64,000 bases of DNA from Eledone cirrhosa (taxonomy: Eukaryota). Positions 1 to 12,600 of this stretch are shown here, one piece after another. Numbering within the stretch: position 1 is the first letter of the stretch; each line of letters opens with the position of its first letter. Below the pieces are notes generated by a model that had not been told where the DNA came from, made no database searches, and saw only the letters and a program-made list of their open reading frames with translations. Made by a program: the position numbers and the translations under genes. The DNA is taken from assembly GCA_964016885.1 (NCBI GenBank), contig OZ024741.1, positions 18,352,001-18,416,000 of the forward strand. Reading direction: 5' to 3'.

Positions 1-40
1 GTTTTAGCAAGAAGCTAACGGCATTCTATAACATATATGC

Positions 41-43
<3 letters not shown>

Positions 44-94
<51 letters not shown>
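44..94. repeat. (TA)n microsatellite
   Basis: About 25 perfect TA units read directly. Confidence 0.97.
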
Positions 95-97
<3 letters not shown>

Positions 98-227
98 TGT
101 GTGTGTTCACATACCTCAAATACCAGGTTTCAAAGACACATGAAGTTAATAAAGAGACGTCTTCGGGTAGAATGATAGTGAGAGAGAAAGAAAGACAGAG
201 TAAAGTGAAGGAAAAGACAGAGGGAGC

Positions 228-230
228 GAG

Positions 231-305
<75 letters not shown>

Positions 306-312
306 GCAGAGA
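228..312. repeat. (GA)n microsatellite with few interruptions
   Basis: Long GA run with GG interruptions near 234, 277 and 305, inside a purine-rich tract starting near 180. Confidence 0.95.
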
Positions 313-314
313 CA

Positions 315-628
315 ATAATTATGTGGAGATAAAGAGATAATTGTTATGTAAAGACAAAGAGAGAGAGGCGGGGTGTGAGATATAATAATTATGTGAAGAC
401 AGAGAGACAGGGGGAGTGTAGATATATTAGTTGTGTGAAGACAAAGAGAGACAAAGATTATAGTTATGTGAAGACAGAGAAGGAGAGAGGGGATGTGAGA
501 TAATAGTTATCTGAAGACAGGGAGGAAGCGGTTTGAGAGATTAGAATTATGTGAAGATACAATGGGGTAAAAAAGAAATAGAAGTTATTTGAAGAAAAGG
601 GGAGTGTGATAACAAGTATGTTAAGATA
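315..628 (+). repeat. Degenerate minisatellite: about 9 copies of a TTATGTGAAGAC-like core separated by variable purine-rich spacers
   Basis: Core copies at about 319, 344, 389, 431, 464, 507, 547, 585 and 617 (e.g. ttatgtgaagac, ttgtgtgaagac, ttatctgaagac, ttatgtgaagat); spacing 25-45 bp. Confidence 0.7.
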
Positions 629-685
629 TTGCTACTACCTTTACAAACACCATTAGAGCCACTATCTCCACCGACTTTGATTTAA

Positions 686-3600
686 TACTGTCCACATACC
701 TGAGACAGTCCTGTTATAACTGGCTGTCACATTACAGTACTGTTACAATACCTGAGACACTCTTGTTATAACTGGCTGTCACATTACAGTACTGTTACCA
801 TACCTGAGACAGTCTTGTTATAACTGGCTGTCACATTACAGTACTGTTCACATACGTGAGACAGTCTTGTTATAACTGGCTGTCACATTACAGTACTGTT
901 CACATACCTGAGACAGTCTTGTTATAACTGGCTGTCACATTACAGTACTGTTCACATACCTGAGACAGTCTTGTTATAACTGGCTGTCACATTACAGTAC
1001 TGTTCACATACCTGAGACACTCTTGTTATAACTGGCTGTCACATTGCAGTACTGTTCACATACCTGAGACAGTCTTGTTATAATTGGCTGTCACATTACA
1101 GTACTGTTCACATACCTGAGACAGTCTTGTTATAACTGGCTGTCACATTACAGTACTGTCCACATAACTGAGACAGTCTTGTTATAACTGGCTGTCACAT
1201 TACAGTACTGTTACCATACCTGAGACAGTCTTGTTTTAACTGGCTGTCACATTACAGTACTGTCCACATACCTGAGACACTCTTGTTATAACTGGCTGTC
1301 ACATTACAGTACTGTTCACATACCTGAGACAGTCTTGTTATATCTGGCTGTCACATTACAGTACTGTCCACATACCTGAGACACTCTTGTTATAACTGGC
1401 TGTCACATTACAGTACTGTTCACATACCTGAGACAGTCTTGTTATAATTGGCTGTCAGATTACAGTACTGTCCACATACCTGAGACAGTCTTGTTATAAC
1501 TGGCTGTCACATTACAGTACTCTTCACATACCTGAGACAGTCTTGTTATAACTGGCTGTCACATTACAGTACTGTTACCATACCTGAGACAGTCTTGTTA
1601 TAATTGGCTGTCACATTACAGTACTGTCCACATAACTGAGACAGTCTTGTTATAACTGGCTGTCACATTACAGTACTGTCCACATACCTGAGACACTCTT
1701 GTTATAACTGGCTGTCACATTACAGTACTGTCCACATACCTGAGACAGTCTTGTTATATCTGGCTGTCACATTACAGTACTGTTCACATACCTGAGACAG
1801 TCTTGTTATAACTGGCTGTCACATTACAGTACTGTTCACATACCTGAGACAGTCTTGTTATAACTGGCTGTCACATTACAGTACTGTTCACATACCTGAG
1901 ACAGTCTTGTTATAATTGGCTGTCACATTACAGTACTGTCCACATACCTGAGACACTCTTGTTATAACTGGCTGTCACATTACAGTACTGTCCACATACC
2001 TGAGACAGTCTTGTTATATCTGGCTGTCACATTACAGTACTGTTCACATACCTGAGACAGTCTTGTTATAACTGGCTGTCACATTACAGTACTGTCCACA
2101 TACCTGAGACAGTCTTGTTATATCTGGCTGTCACATTACAGTACTGTTCACATACCTGAGACAGTCTTGTTATAATTGGCTGTCACATTACAGTACTGTC
2201 CACATACCTGAGACAGTCTTGTTATATCTGGCTGTCACATTACAGTACTGTTCACATACCTGAGACAGTCTTGTTATAACTGGCTGTCACATTACAGTAC
2301 TGTTCACATACCTGAGACAGTCTTGTTATAACTGGCTGTCACATTACAGTACTGTCCACATACCTGAGACAGTCTTGTTATATCTGGCTGTCACATTACA
2401 GTACTGTTCACATACCTGAGACAGTCTTGTTATAATTGGCTGTCACATTACAGTACTGTCCACATACCTGAGACAGTCTTGTTATATCTGGCTGTCACAT
2501 TACAGTACTGTTCACATACCTGAGACAGTCTTGTTATAACTGGCTGTCACATTACAGTACTGTTCACATACCTGAGACAGTCTTGTTATAACTGGCTGTC
2601 ACATTACAGTACTGTCCACATAACTGAGACAGTCTTGTTATAACTGGCTGTCACATTACAGTACTGTCCACATACCTGAGACACTCTTGTTATAACTGGC
2701 TGTCACATTACAGTACTGTCCACATACCTGAGACAGTCTTGTTATATCTGGCTGTCACATTACAGTACTGTTCACATACCTGAGACAGTCTTGTTATAAC
2801 TGACTGTCACATTACAGTACTGTCCACATACCTGAGACAGTCTTGTTATAACTGGCTGTCACATTACAGTACTGTTCACATACCTGAGACAGTCTTGTTA
2901 TAACTGGCTGTCACATTACAGTACTGTTACCATACTTGAGACAATCTTGTTATAACTGGCTGTCACATTACAGTACTGTCCACATACCTGAGACACTCTT
3001 GTTATAACTGGCTGTCACATTACAGTACTGTTACCATACCTGAGACAGTCTTGTTATAACTGGCTGTCACATTACAGTACTGTTCACATACCTGAGACAG
3101 TCTTGTTATATCTGGCTGTCACATTACAGTACTGTCCACATACCTGAGACACTCTTGTTATAACTGGCTGTCACATTACAGTACTGTTACCATACCTGAG
3201 ACAGTCTTGTTATAACTGGCTGTCACATTACAGTACTGTTCACATACCTGAGACAGTCTTGTTATATCTGGCTGTCACATTACAGTACTGTCCACATACC
3301 TGAGACACTCTTGTTATAACTGGCCGTCACATTACAGTACTGTTACCATACCTGAGACAGTCTTGTTATAACTGGCTGTCACATTACAGTACTTTCCACA
3401 TACCTGAGACAGTCTTGTTATAACTGGCTGTCACATTACAGTACTGTTCACATACGTGAGACAGTCTTGTTATAACTGGCTGTCACATTACAGTACTGTT
3501 ACCATACCTGAGACAGTCTTGTTATAACTGGCTGTCACATTACAGTACTGTTCACATACCTGAGACGGTCTTGTTATAACTGGCTGTCACATTACAGTAC

Positions 3601-6600
3601 TGTTCACATACGTGAGACAGTCTGGTTATAACTGGCTGTCACATTACAGTACTGTTCACATACCTGAGACAGTCTTGTTATAACTGACTGTCACATTACA
3701 GTACTGTTACCATACCTGAGACAGTCTTGTTATAACTGACTGTCACATTACAGTACTGTTCACATACCTGAGACAGTCTTGTTATAACTGGCTGTCACAT
3801 TACGGTACTGTTCACATACCTGAGACAGTCTTGTTATAACTGGCTGTCACATTACAGTACTGTTCACATACCTGAGACACTCTTGTTATAACTGGCTGTC
3901 ACATTACAGTACTGTTACCATACCTGAGACAGTCTTGTTATAACTGGCTGTCACATTACAGTACTGTTACCATACCTGAGACACTCTTGTTATAACTGGC
4001 TGTCACATTACAGTACTGTTCACATACCTGAGACAGTCTTGTTATAACTGGCTGTCACATTACAGTACTGTCCACATACCTGAGACAGTCTTGTTATAAC
4101 TGGCTTTCACATTACAGTACTGTTACCATACTTGAGACACTCTTGTTATAACTGGCTGTCACATTACAGTACTGTTCACATACCTGAGACAGTCTTGTTA
4201 TAACTGACTGTCACATTACAGTACTGTTCACATACCTGAGACAGTCTTGTTATAACTGGCTGTCACATTACAGTATTGTTACCATACCTGAGACAGTCTT
4301 GTTATAACTGGCTGTCACATTACAGTACTGTTCACATACCTGAGACAGTCTTGTTATAACTGACTGTCACATTACAGTACTGTTCACATACCTGAGACAG
4401 TCTTGTTATAACTGGCTGTCACATTACAGTACTGTTCACATACCTGAGACAGTCTTGTTATAACTGGCTGTCACATTACAGTACTGTTCACATACCTGAG
4501 ACAGTCTTGTTATAACTGGCTGTCACATTACAGTACTGTTCACATACCTGAGACACTCTTGTTATAACTGGCTGTCACATTACAGTACTGTTCACATACC
4601 TGAGACAGTCTTGTTATAACTGGCTGTCACATTACAGTACTGTTCACATACCTGAGACACTCTTGTTATAACTGGCTGTCACATTACGGTACTGTTCACA
4701 TACCTGAGACAGTCTTGTTATAACTGGCTGTCACATTACGGTACTGTTCACATACCTGAGACAGTCTTGTTATAACTGGCTGTCACATTACAGAACTGTC
4801 CACATACCTGAGACAGTCTTGTTATAACTGGCTGTCACATTACAGTACTGTTACCATACCTGAGACAGTCTTGTTATAACTGGCTGTCACATTACAGAAC
4901 TGTCCACATACCTGAGACAGTCTTGTTATAACTGGCTGTCACATTACAGTACTTTCCACATACCTGAGACAGTCTTGTTATAACTGGCTGTCACATTACA
5001 GTACTGTTACCATACCTGAGACAGTCTTGTTATAACTGGCTGTCACATTACAGAACTGTCCACATACCTGAGACAGTCTTGTTATAACTGGCTGTCACAT
5101 TACAGAACTGTCCACATACCTGAGACAGTCTTGTTATAACTGGCTGTCACATTACAGTACTGTTACCATACCTGAGACAGTCTTGTTATAACTGGCTGTC
5201 ACATTACAGAACTGTCCACATACCTGAGACAGTCTTGTTATAACTGGCTGTCACATTACAGTACTTTCCACATACCTGAGACACACTTGTTATAACTGGC
5301 TGTCACACTACAGTACTGTTACCATACCTGAGACAGTCTTGTTATAACTGGCTGTCACATTACAGTAGTGTTCACATACCTGAGACAGTCTTGTTATAAC
5401 TGGCTGTCACATTACAGTACTGTTACCATACTTGAGACAGTCTTGTTATAACTGGCTGTCACATTACAGTACTGTTACCATACCTGAGACAGTCTTGTTA
5501 TAACTGGCTGTCACATTACAGTACTGTTACCATACCTGAGACAGTCTTGTTATAACTGGCTGTCACATTACAGTACTGTTCACATACCTGAGACACACTT
5601 GTTATAACTGGCTGTCACATTACGGTACTGTTCACATACCTGAGACAGTCTTGTTATAACTGGCTGTCACGTTACAGTACTGTTACCATACTTGAGACAG
5701 TCTTGTTATAACTGGCTGTCACATTACAGTACTGTTACCATACCTGAGACAGTCTTGTTATAACTGGCTGTCACATTACGGTACTGTTCACATACCTGAG
5801 ACAGTCTTGTTATAACTGGCTGTCACGTTACAGTACTGTTACCATACTTGAGACAGTCTTGTTATAACTGGCTGTCACATTACAGTACTGTTACCATACC
5901 TGAGACAGTCTTGTTATAACTGGCTGTCACATTACAGTACTTTCCACATACCTGAGACAGTCTTGTTATAACTGGCTGTCACATTACAGTACTGTTCACA
6001 TACCTGAGACAGTCTTGTTATAACTGACTGTCACATTACAGTACTGTTCACATACCTGAGACAGTCTTGTTATAACTGGCTGTCACATTACAGTACTGTT
6101 TCCATACCTGAGACAGTCTTGTTATAACTGGCTGTCACATTACAGTACTGTTCACATACCTGAGACAGTCTTGTTATAACTGGCTGTCACATTACAGTAC
6201 TGTCCACATACCTGAGACAGTCTTGTTATAACTGGCTGTCACATTACAGTACTCTTCACATACCTGAGACAGTCTTGTTATAACTGGCTGTCACATTACA
6301 GTACTGTTCACATACCTGAGACAGTCTTGTTATAACTGGCTGTCACATTACAGTACTGTCCACATACCTGAGACAGTCTTGTTATAACTGGCTGTCACAT
6401 TACAGTACTCTTCACATACCTGAGACAGTCTTGTTATAACTGGCTGTCACATTACAGTACTGTCCACATACCTGAGACAGTCTTGTTATAACTGGCTGTC
6501 ACATTACAGTACTGTTCACATACCTGAGACAGTCTTGTTATAACTGGCTGTCACATTACAGTACTGTCCACATACCTGAGACAGTCTTGTTATAACTGGC

Positions 6601-9600
6601 TGTCACATTACAGTACTGTTCACATACCTGAGACAGTCTTGTTATAACTGGCTGTCACATTACAGTACTGTTCACATATCTGAGACAGTCTTGTTATAAC
6701 TGGCTGTCACATTACAGTACTCTTCACATACCTGAGACAGTCTTGTTATAACTGGCTGTCACATTACAGTACTGTTCACATATCTGAGACAGTCTTGTTA
6801 TAACTGGCTGTCACATTACAGTACTGTTCACATACCTGAGACAGTTTTGTTATAACTGGCTGTCACATTACGGTACTGTTCACATACCTGAGACAGTCTT
6901 GTTATAACTGGCTGTCACATTACCGTACTGTTACCATACTTGAGACACTCTTGTTATAACTGGCTGTCACATTACAGTACTGTTCACATACCTGAGACAG
7001 TCTTGTTATAACTGGCTGTCACATTACAGTACTGTTACCATACCTGAGACAGTCTTGTTATAACTGGCTGTCACATTACAGTACTGTTCACATACCTGAG
7101 ACACTCTTGTTTTGACTGGCTGTCACATTACAGTACTGTTCACATACCTGAGACAGTCTTGTTATAACTGGCTGTCACATTACAGTACTGTTCACATACC
7201 TGAGACAGTCTTGTTATAACTGGCTGTCACATTACAGTACTGTTCACATACCTGAGACAGTCTTGTTATAACTGGCTGTCACATTACAGTACTGTTCACA
7301 TACCTGAGACAGTCTTGTTATAACTGGCTGTCACATTACAGTACTGTTCACATACCTGAGACAGTCTTGTTATAACTGGCTGTCACATTACAGTACTGTT
7401 CACATACCTGAGACAGTCTTGTTATAACTGACTGTCACATTACAGTACTGTTCACATACCTGAGACAGTCTTGTTATAACTGGCTGTCACATTACAGTAC
7501 TGTTACCATACTTGAGACAGTCTTGTTATAACTGGCTGTCACATTACAGTACTGTTCACATACCTGAGACAGTCTTGTTATAACTGACTGTCACATTACA
7601 GTACTGTTCACATACCTGAGACAGTCTTGTTATAACTGGCTGTCACATTACAGTACTGTTCACATACCTGAGACAGTCTTGTTATAACTGGCTGTCACAT
7701 TACAGTACTGTTCACATACCTGAGACAGTCTTGTTATAACTGACTGTCACATTACAGTACTGTTCACATACCTGAGACAGTCTTGTTATAACTGGCTGTC
7801 ACATTACAGTACTGTTACCATACTTGAGACACTCTTGTTATAACTGGCTGTCACATTACAGTACTGTTCACATACCTGAGACAGTCTTGTTATAACTGGC
7901 TGTCACATTACAGTACTGTTACCATACTTGAGACACTCTTGTTATAACTGGCTGTCACATTACAGTACTGTTCACATACCTGAGACAGTCTTGTTATAAC
8001 TGACTGTCACATTACAGTACTGTTCACATACCTGAGACAGTCTTGTTATAACTGGCTGTCACATTACAGTACTGTTACCATACTTGAGACACTCTTGTTA
8101 TAACTGGCTGTCACATTACAGTACTGTTCACATACCTGAGACAGTCTTGTTATAACTGGCTGTCTCATTACAGTACTGTTACCATACCTGAGACAGTCTT
8201 GTTATAACTGGCTGTCACATTACAGTACTGTTCACATACCTGAGACACTCTTGTTTTGACTGGCTGTCACATTACAGTACTGTTACCATACCTGAGACTG
8301 TCTTGTTATAACTGGCTGTCACATTACAGTACTGTTCACATACCTGAGACACTCTTGTTATAACTGGCTGTCACATTACAGTACTGTTACCATACCTGAG
8401 ACTGTCTTGTTATAACTGGCTGTCACATTACAGTACTGTTCACATACCTGAGACAGTCTTGTTATAACTGGCTGTCACATTACAGTACTGTTACCATACC
8501 TGAGACTGTCTTGTTATAACTGGCTGTCACATTACAGTACTGTTCACATACCTGAGACTGTCTTGTTATAACTGGCTGTCACATTACAGTACTGTTCACA
8601 TACCTGAGACACTCTTGTTATAACTGGCTGTCACATTACGGTACTGTTCACATACCTGAGACAGTCTTGTTATAACTGGCTGTCACATTACAGTACTGTT
8701 CACATACCTGAGACAGTCTTGTTATAACTGGCTGTCACATTACAGGACTGTTCACATACCTGAGACACACTTGTTATAACTGGCTGTCACATTACAGTAC
8801 TGTTACCATACCTGAGACAGTCTTGTTATAACTGGCTGTCACATTACAGTACTGTCCACATACCTGAGACAGTCTTGTTATAACTGGCTGTCACATTACA
8901 GGACTGTTCACATACCTGAGACACACTTGTTATAACTGGCTGTCACATTACAGTACTGTTCACATACCTGAGACAGTCTTGTTATAACTGGCTGTCACAT
9001 TACAGGACTGTTCACATACCTGAGACACACTTGTTATAACTGGCTGTCACATTACGGTACTGTTACCATACCTGAGACAGTCTTGTTATAACTGGCTGTC
9101 ACATTACAGTACTGTCCACATACCTGAGACAGTCTTGTTATAACTGGCTGTCACATTACAGTACTTTCCACATACCTGAGACACACTTGTTATAACTGGC
9201 TGTCACATTACAGTACTGTTACCATACCTGAGACAGTCTTGTTATAACTGGCTGTCACATTACAGTACTGTTCACATACCTGAGACAGTCTTGTTATAAC
9301 TGGCTGTCACATTACAGTACTGTTACCATACTTGAGACAGTCTTGTTATAACTGGCTGTCACATTACAGTACTGTTACCATACCTGAGACAGTCTTGTTA
9401 TAACTGGCTGTCACATTACAGTACTGTTACCATACCTGAGACAGTCTTGTTATAACTGGCTGTCACATTACAGTACTGTTCACATACCTGAGACACACTT
9501 GTTATAACTGGCTGTCACATTACGGTACTGTTCACATACCTGAGACAGTCTTGTTATAACTGGCTGTCACATTACAGTACTGTTACCATACTTGAGACAG

Positions 9601-12600
9601 TCTTGTTATAACTGGCTGTCACATTACAGTACTGTTCCCATACCTGAGACAGTCTTGTTATAACTGACTGTCACATTACAGTACTGTTCACATACCTGAG
9701 ACAGTCTTGTTATAACTGGCTGTCACATTACAGTACTGTTACCATACCTGAGACAGTCTTGTTATAACTGGCTGTCACATTACAGTACTGTTACCATACC
9801 TGAGACAGTCTTGTTATAACTGGCTGTCACATTACAGTACTGTTACCATACCTGAGACAGTCTTGTTATAACTGGCTGTCACATTACAGTACTGTTCACA
9901 TACCTGAGACACACTTGTTATAACTGGCTGTCACATTACGGTACTGTTCACATACCTGAGACAGTCTTGTTATAACTGGCTGTCACAATACAGTACTGTC
10001 CACATACCTGAGACAGTTTTGTCATAACTGGCTGTCACATTACAGTACTGTTCACATACCTGAGACAGTCTTGTTATAACTGGCTGTCACATTACAGTAC
10101 TGTTCACATACCTGAGACAGTCTTGTTATAACTGGCTGTCACATTACAGTACTGTCCACATACCTGAGACAGTCTTGTTATAACTGGCTTTCACATTACA
10201 GTACTGTTACCATACTTGAGACACTCTTGTTATAACTGGCTGTCACATTACAGTACTGTTCACATACCTGAGACAGTCTTGTTATAACTGACTGTCACAT
10301 TACAGTACTGTTCACATACCTGAGACAGTCTTGTTATATCTGGCTGTCACATTACAGTACTGTTCACATACCTGAGACAGTCTTGTTATAACTGGCTGTC
10401 ACATTACAGTACTGTTCACATACCTGAGACACTCTTGTTATAACTGGCTGTCACATTACAGTACTGTTCACATACCTGAGACAGTCTTGTTATAACTGGC
10501 TGTCACATTACAGTACTGTTCACATACCTGAGACACTCTTGTTATAACTGGCTGTCACATTACGGTACTGTTCACATACCTGAGACAGTCTTGTTATAAT
10601 TGGCTGTCACATTACAGTACTGTTCACATACCTGAGACAGTCTTGTTATAACTGGCTGTCACATTACAGTACTTTCCACATACCTGAGACACACTTGTTA
10701 TAACTGGCTGTCACATTACAGTACTGTTACCATACCTGAGACAGTCTTGTTATAACTGGCTGTCACATTACAGTACTGTTCACATACCTGAGACAGTCTT
10801 GTTATAACTGGCTGTCACATTACAGTACTGTTCACATACCTGAGACAATCTTGTTATAACTGGCTGTCACATTACAGTACTGTTACCATACCTGAGACAG
10901 TCTTGTTATAACTGGCTGTCACATTACAGTACTGTTCACATACCTGAGACAGTCTTGTTATAACTGGCTGTCACATTACAGTACTGTTCACATACCTGAG
11001 ACACTCTTGTTATAACTGGCTGTCACATTACAGTACTGTTCACATACCTGAGACAGTCTTGTTATAACTGGCTGTCACATTACAGTACTGTTCACATACC
11101 TGAGACACTCTTGTTATAACTGGCTGTCACATTACGGTACTGTTCACATACCTGAGACAGTCTTGTTATAACTGGCTGTCACATTACAGTACTGTTCACA
11201 TACCTGAGACAGTCTTGTTATAACTGGCTGTCACATTACAGTACTTTCCACATACCTGAGACACACTTGTTATAACTGGCTGTCACATTACAGTACTGTT
11301 ACCATACCTGAGACAGTCTTGTTATAACTGGCTGTCACATTACAGTACTGTTCACATACCTGAGACAGTCTTGTTATAACTGGCTGTCACATTACAGTAC
11401 TGTTCACATACCTGAGACAATCTTGTTATAACTGGCTGTCACATTACAGTACTTTCCACATACCTGAGACACACTTGTTATAACTGGCTGTCACATTACA
11501 GTACTGTTACCATACCTGAGACAGTCTTGTTATAACTGGCTGTCACATTACAGTACTGTTCACATACCTGAGACAGTCTTGTTATAACTGGCTGTCACAT
11601 TACAGTACTGTTCACATACCTGAGACAGTCTTGTTATAACTGGCTGTCACATTACAGTACTGTTCACATACCTGAGACACTCTTGTTATAACTGGCTGTC
11701 ACATTACAGTACTGTTCACATACCTGAGACAGTCTTGTTATAACTGGCTGTCACATTACAGTACTGTTCACATACCTGAGACACTCTTGTTATAACTGGC
11801 TGTCACATTACGGTACTGTTCACATACCTGAGACAGTCTTGTTATAACTGGCTGTCACATTACAGTACTGTTCACATACCTGAGACAGTCTTGTTATAAC
11901 TGGCTGTCACATTACAGTACTGTTACCATACTTGAGACAGTCTTGTTATAACTGGCTGTCACATTACAGTACTGTTACCATACTTGAGACAGTCTTGTTA
12001 TAACTGGCTGTCACATTACAGTACTGTTCACATACCTGAGACAGTCTTGTTATAACTGGCTGTCACATTACAGTACTGTTACCATACTTGAGACAGTCTT
12101 GTTATAACTGGCTGTCACATTACAGTACTGTTCACATACCTGAGACAGTCTTGTTATAACTGACTGTCACATTACAGTACTGTTACCATACCTGAGACAG
12201 TCTTGTTATAACTGGCTGTCACATTACAGTACTGTTCACATACCTGAGACAGTCTTGTTATAACTGGCTGTCACATTACAGTACTGTTCACATACCTGAG
12301 ACAGTCTTGTTATAACTGGTTGTCACATTACAGTACTGTTCACATACCTGAGACAGTCTTGTTATAACTGACTGTCACATTACAGTACTGTTCACATACC
12401 TGAGACAGTCTTGTTATAACTGGCTGTCACATTACAGTACTGTTCACATATCTGAGACAGTCTTGTTATAACTGGCTGTCACATTACAGTACTGTTCACA
12501 TACCTGAGACAGTCTTGTTATAACTGGCTGTCACATTACAGTACTGTTCACATACCTGAGACAGTCTTGTTATAACTGGCTGTCACATTACAGTATTGTT

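Noticed and set aside
37-318. ORFs 37..318 (+) and 130..315 (-)
   Set aside because: YIYI, RERE and SLSL translations of TA and GA microsatellites; stop-free by composition.
315-628. CRISPR-like repeat-spacer pattern in the left flank
   Set aside because: Core is only about 12 bp and degenerate; spacers are mutually similar GA-rich low-complexity sequence of irregular length.
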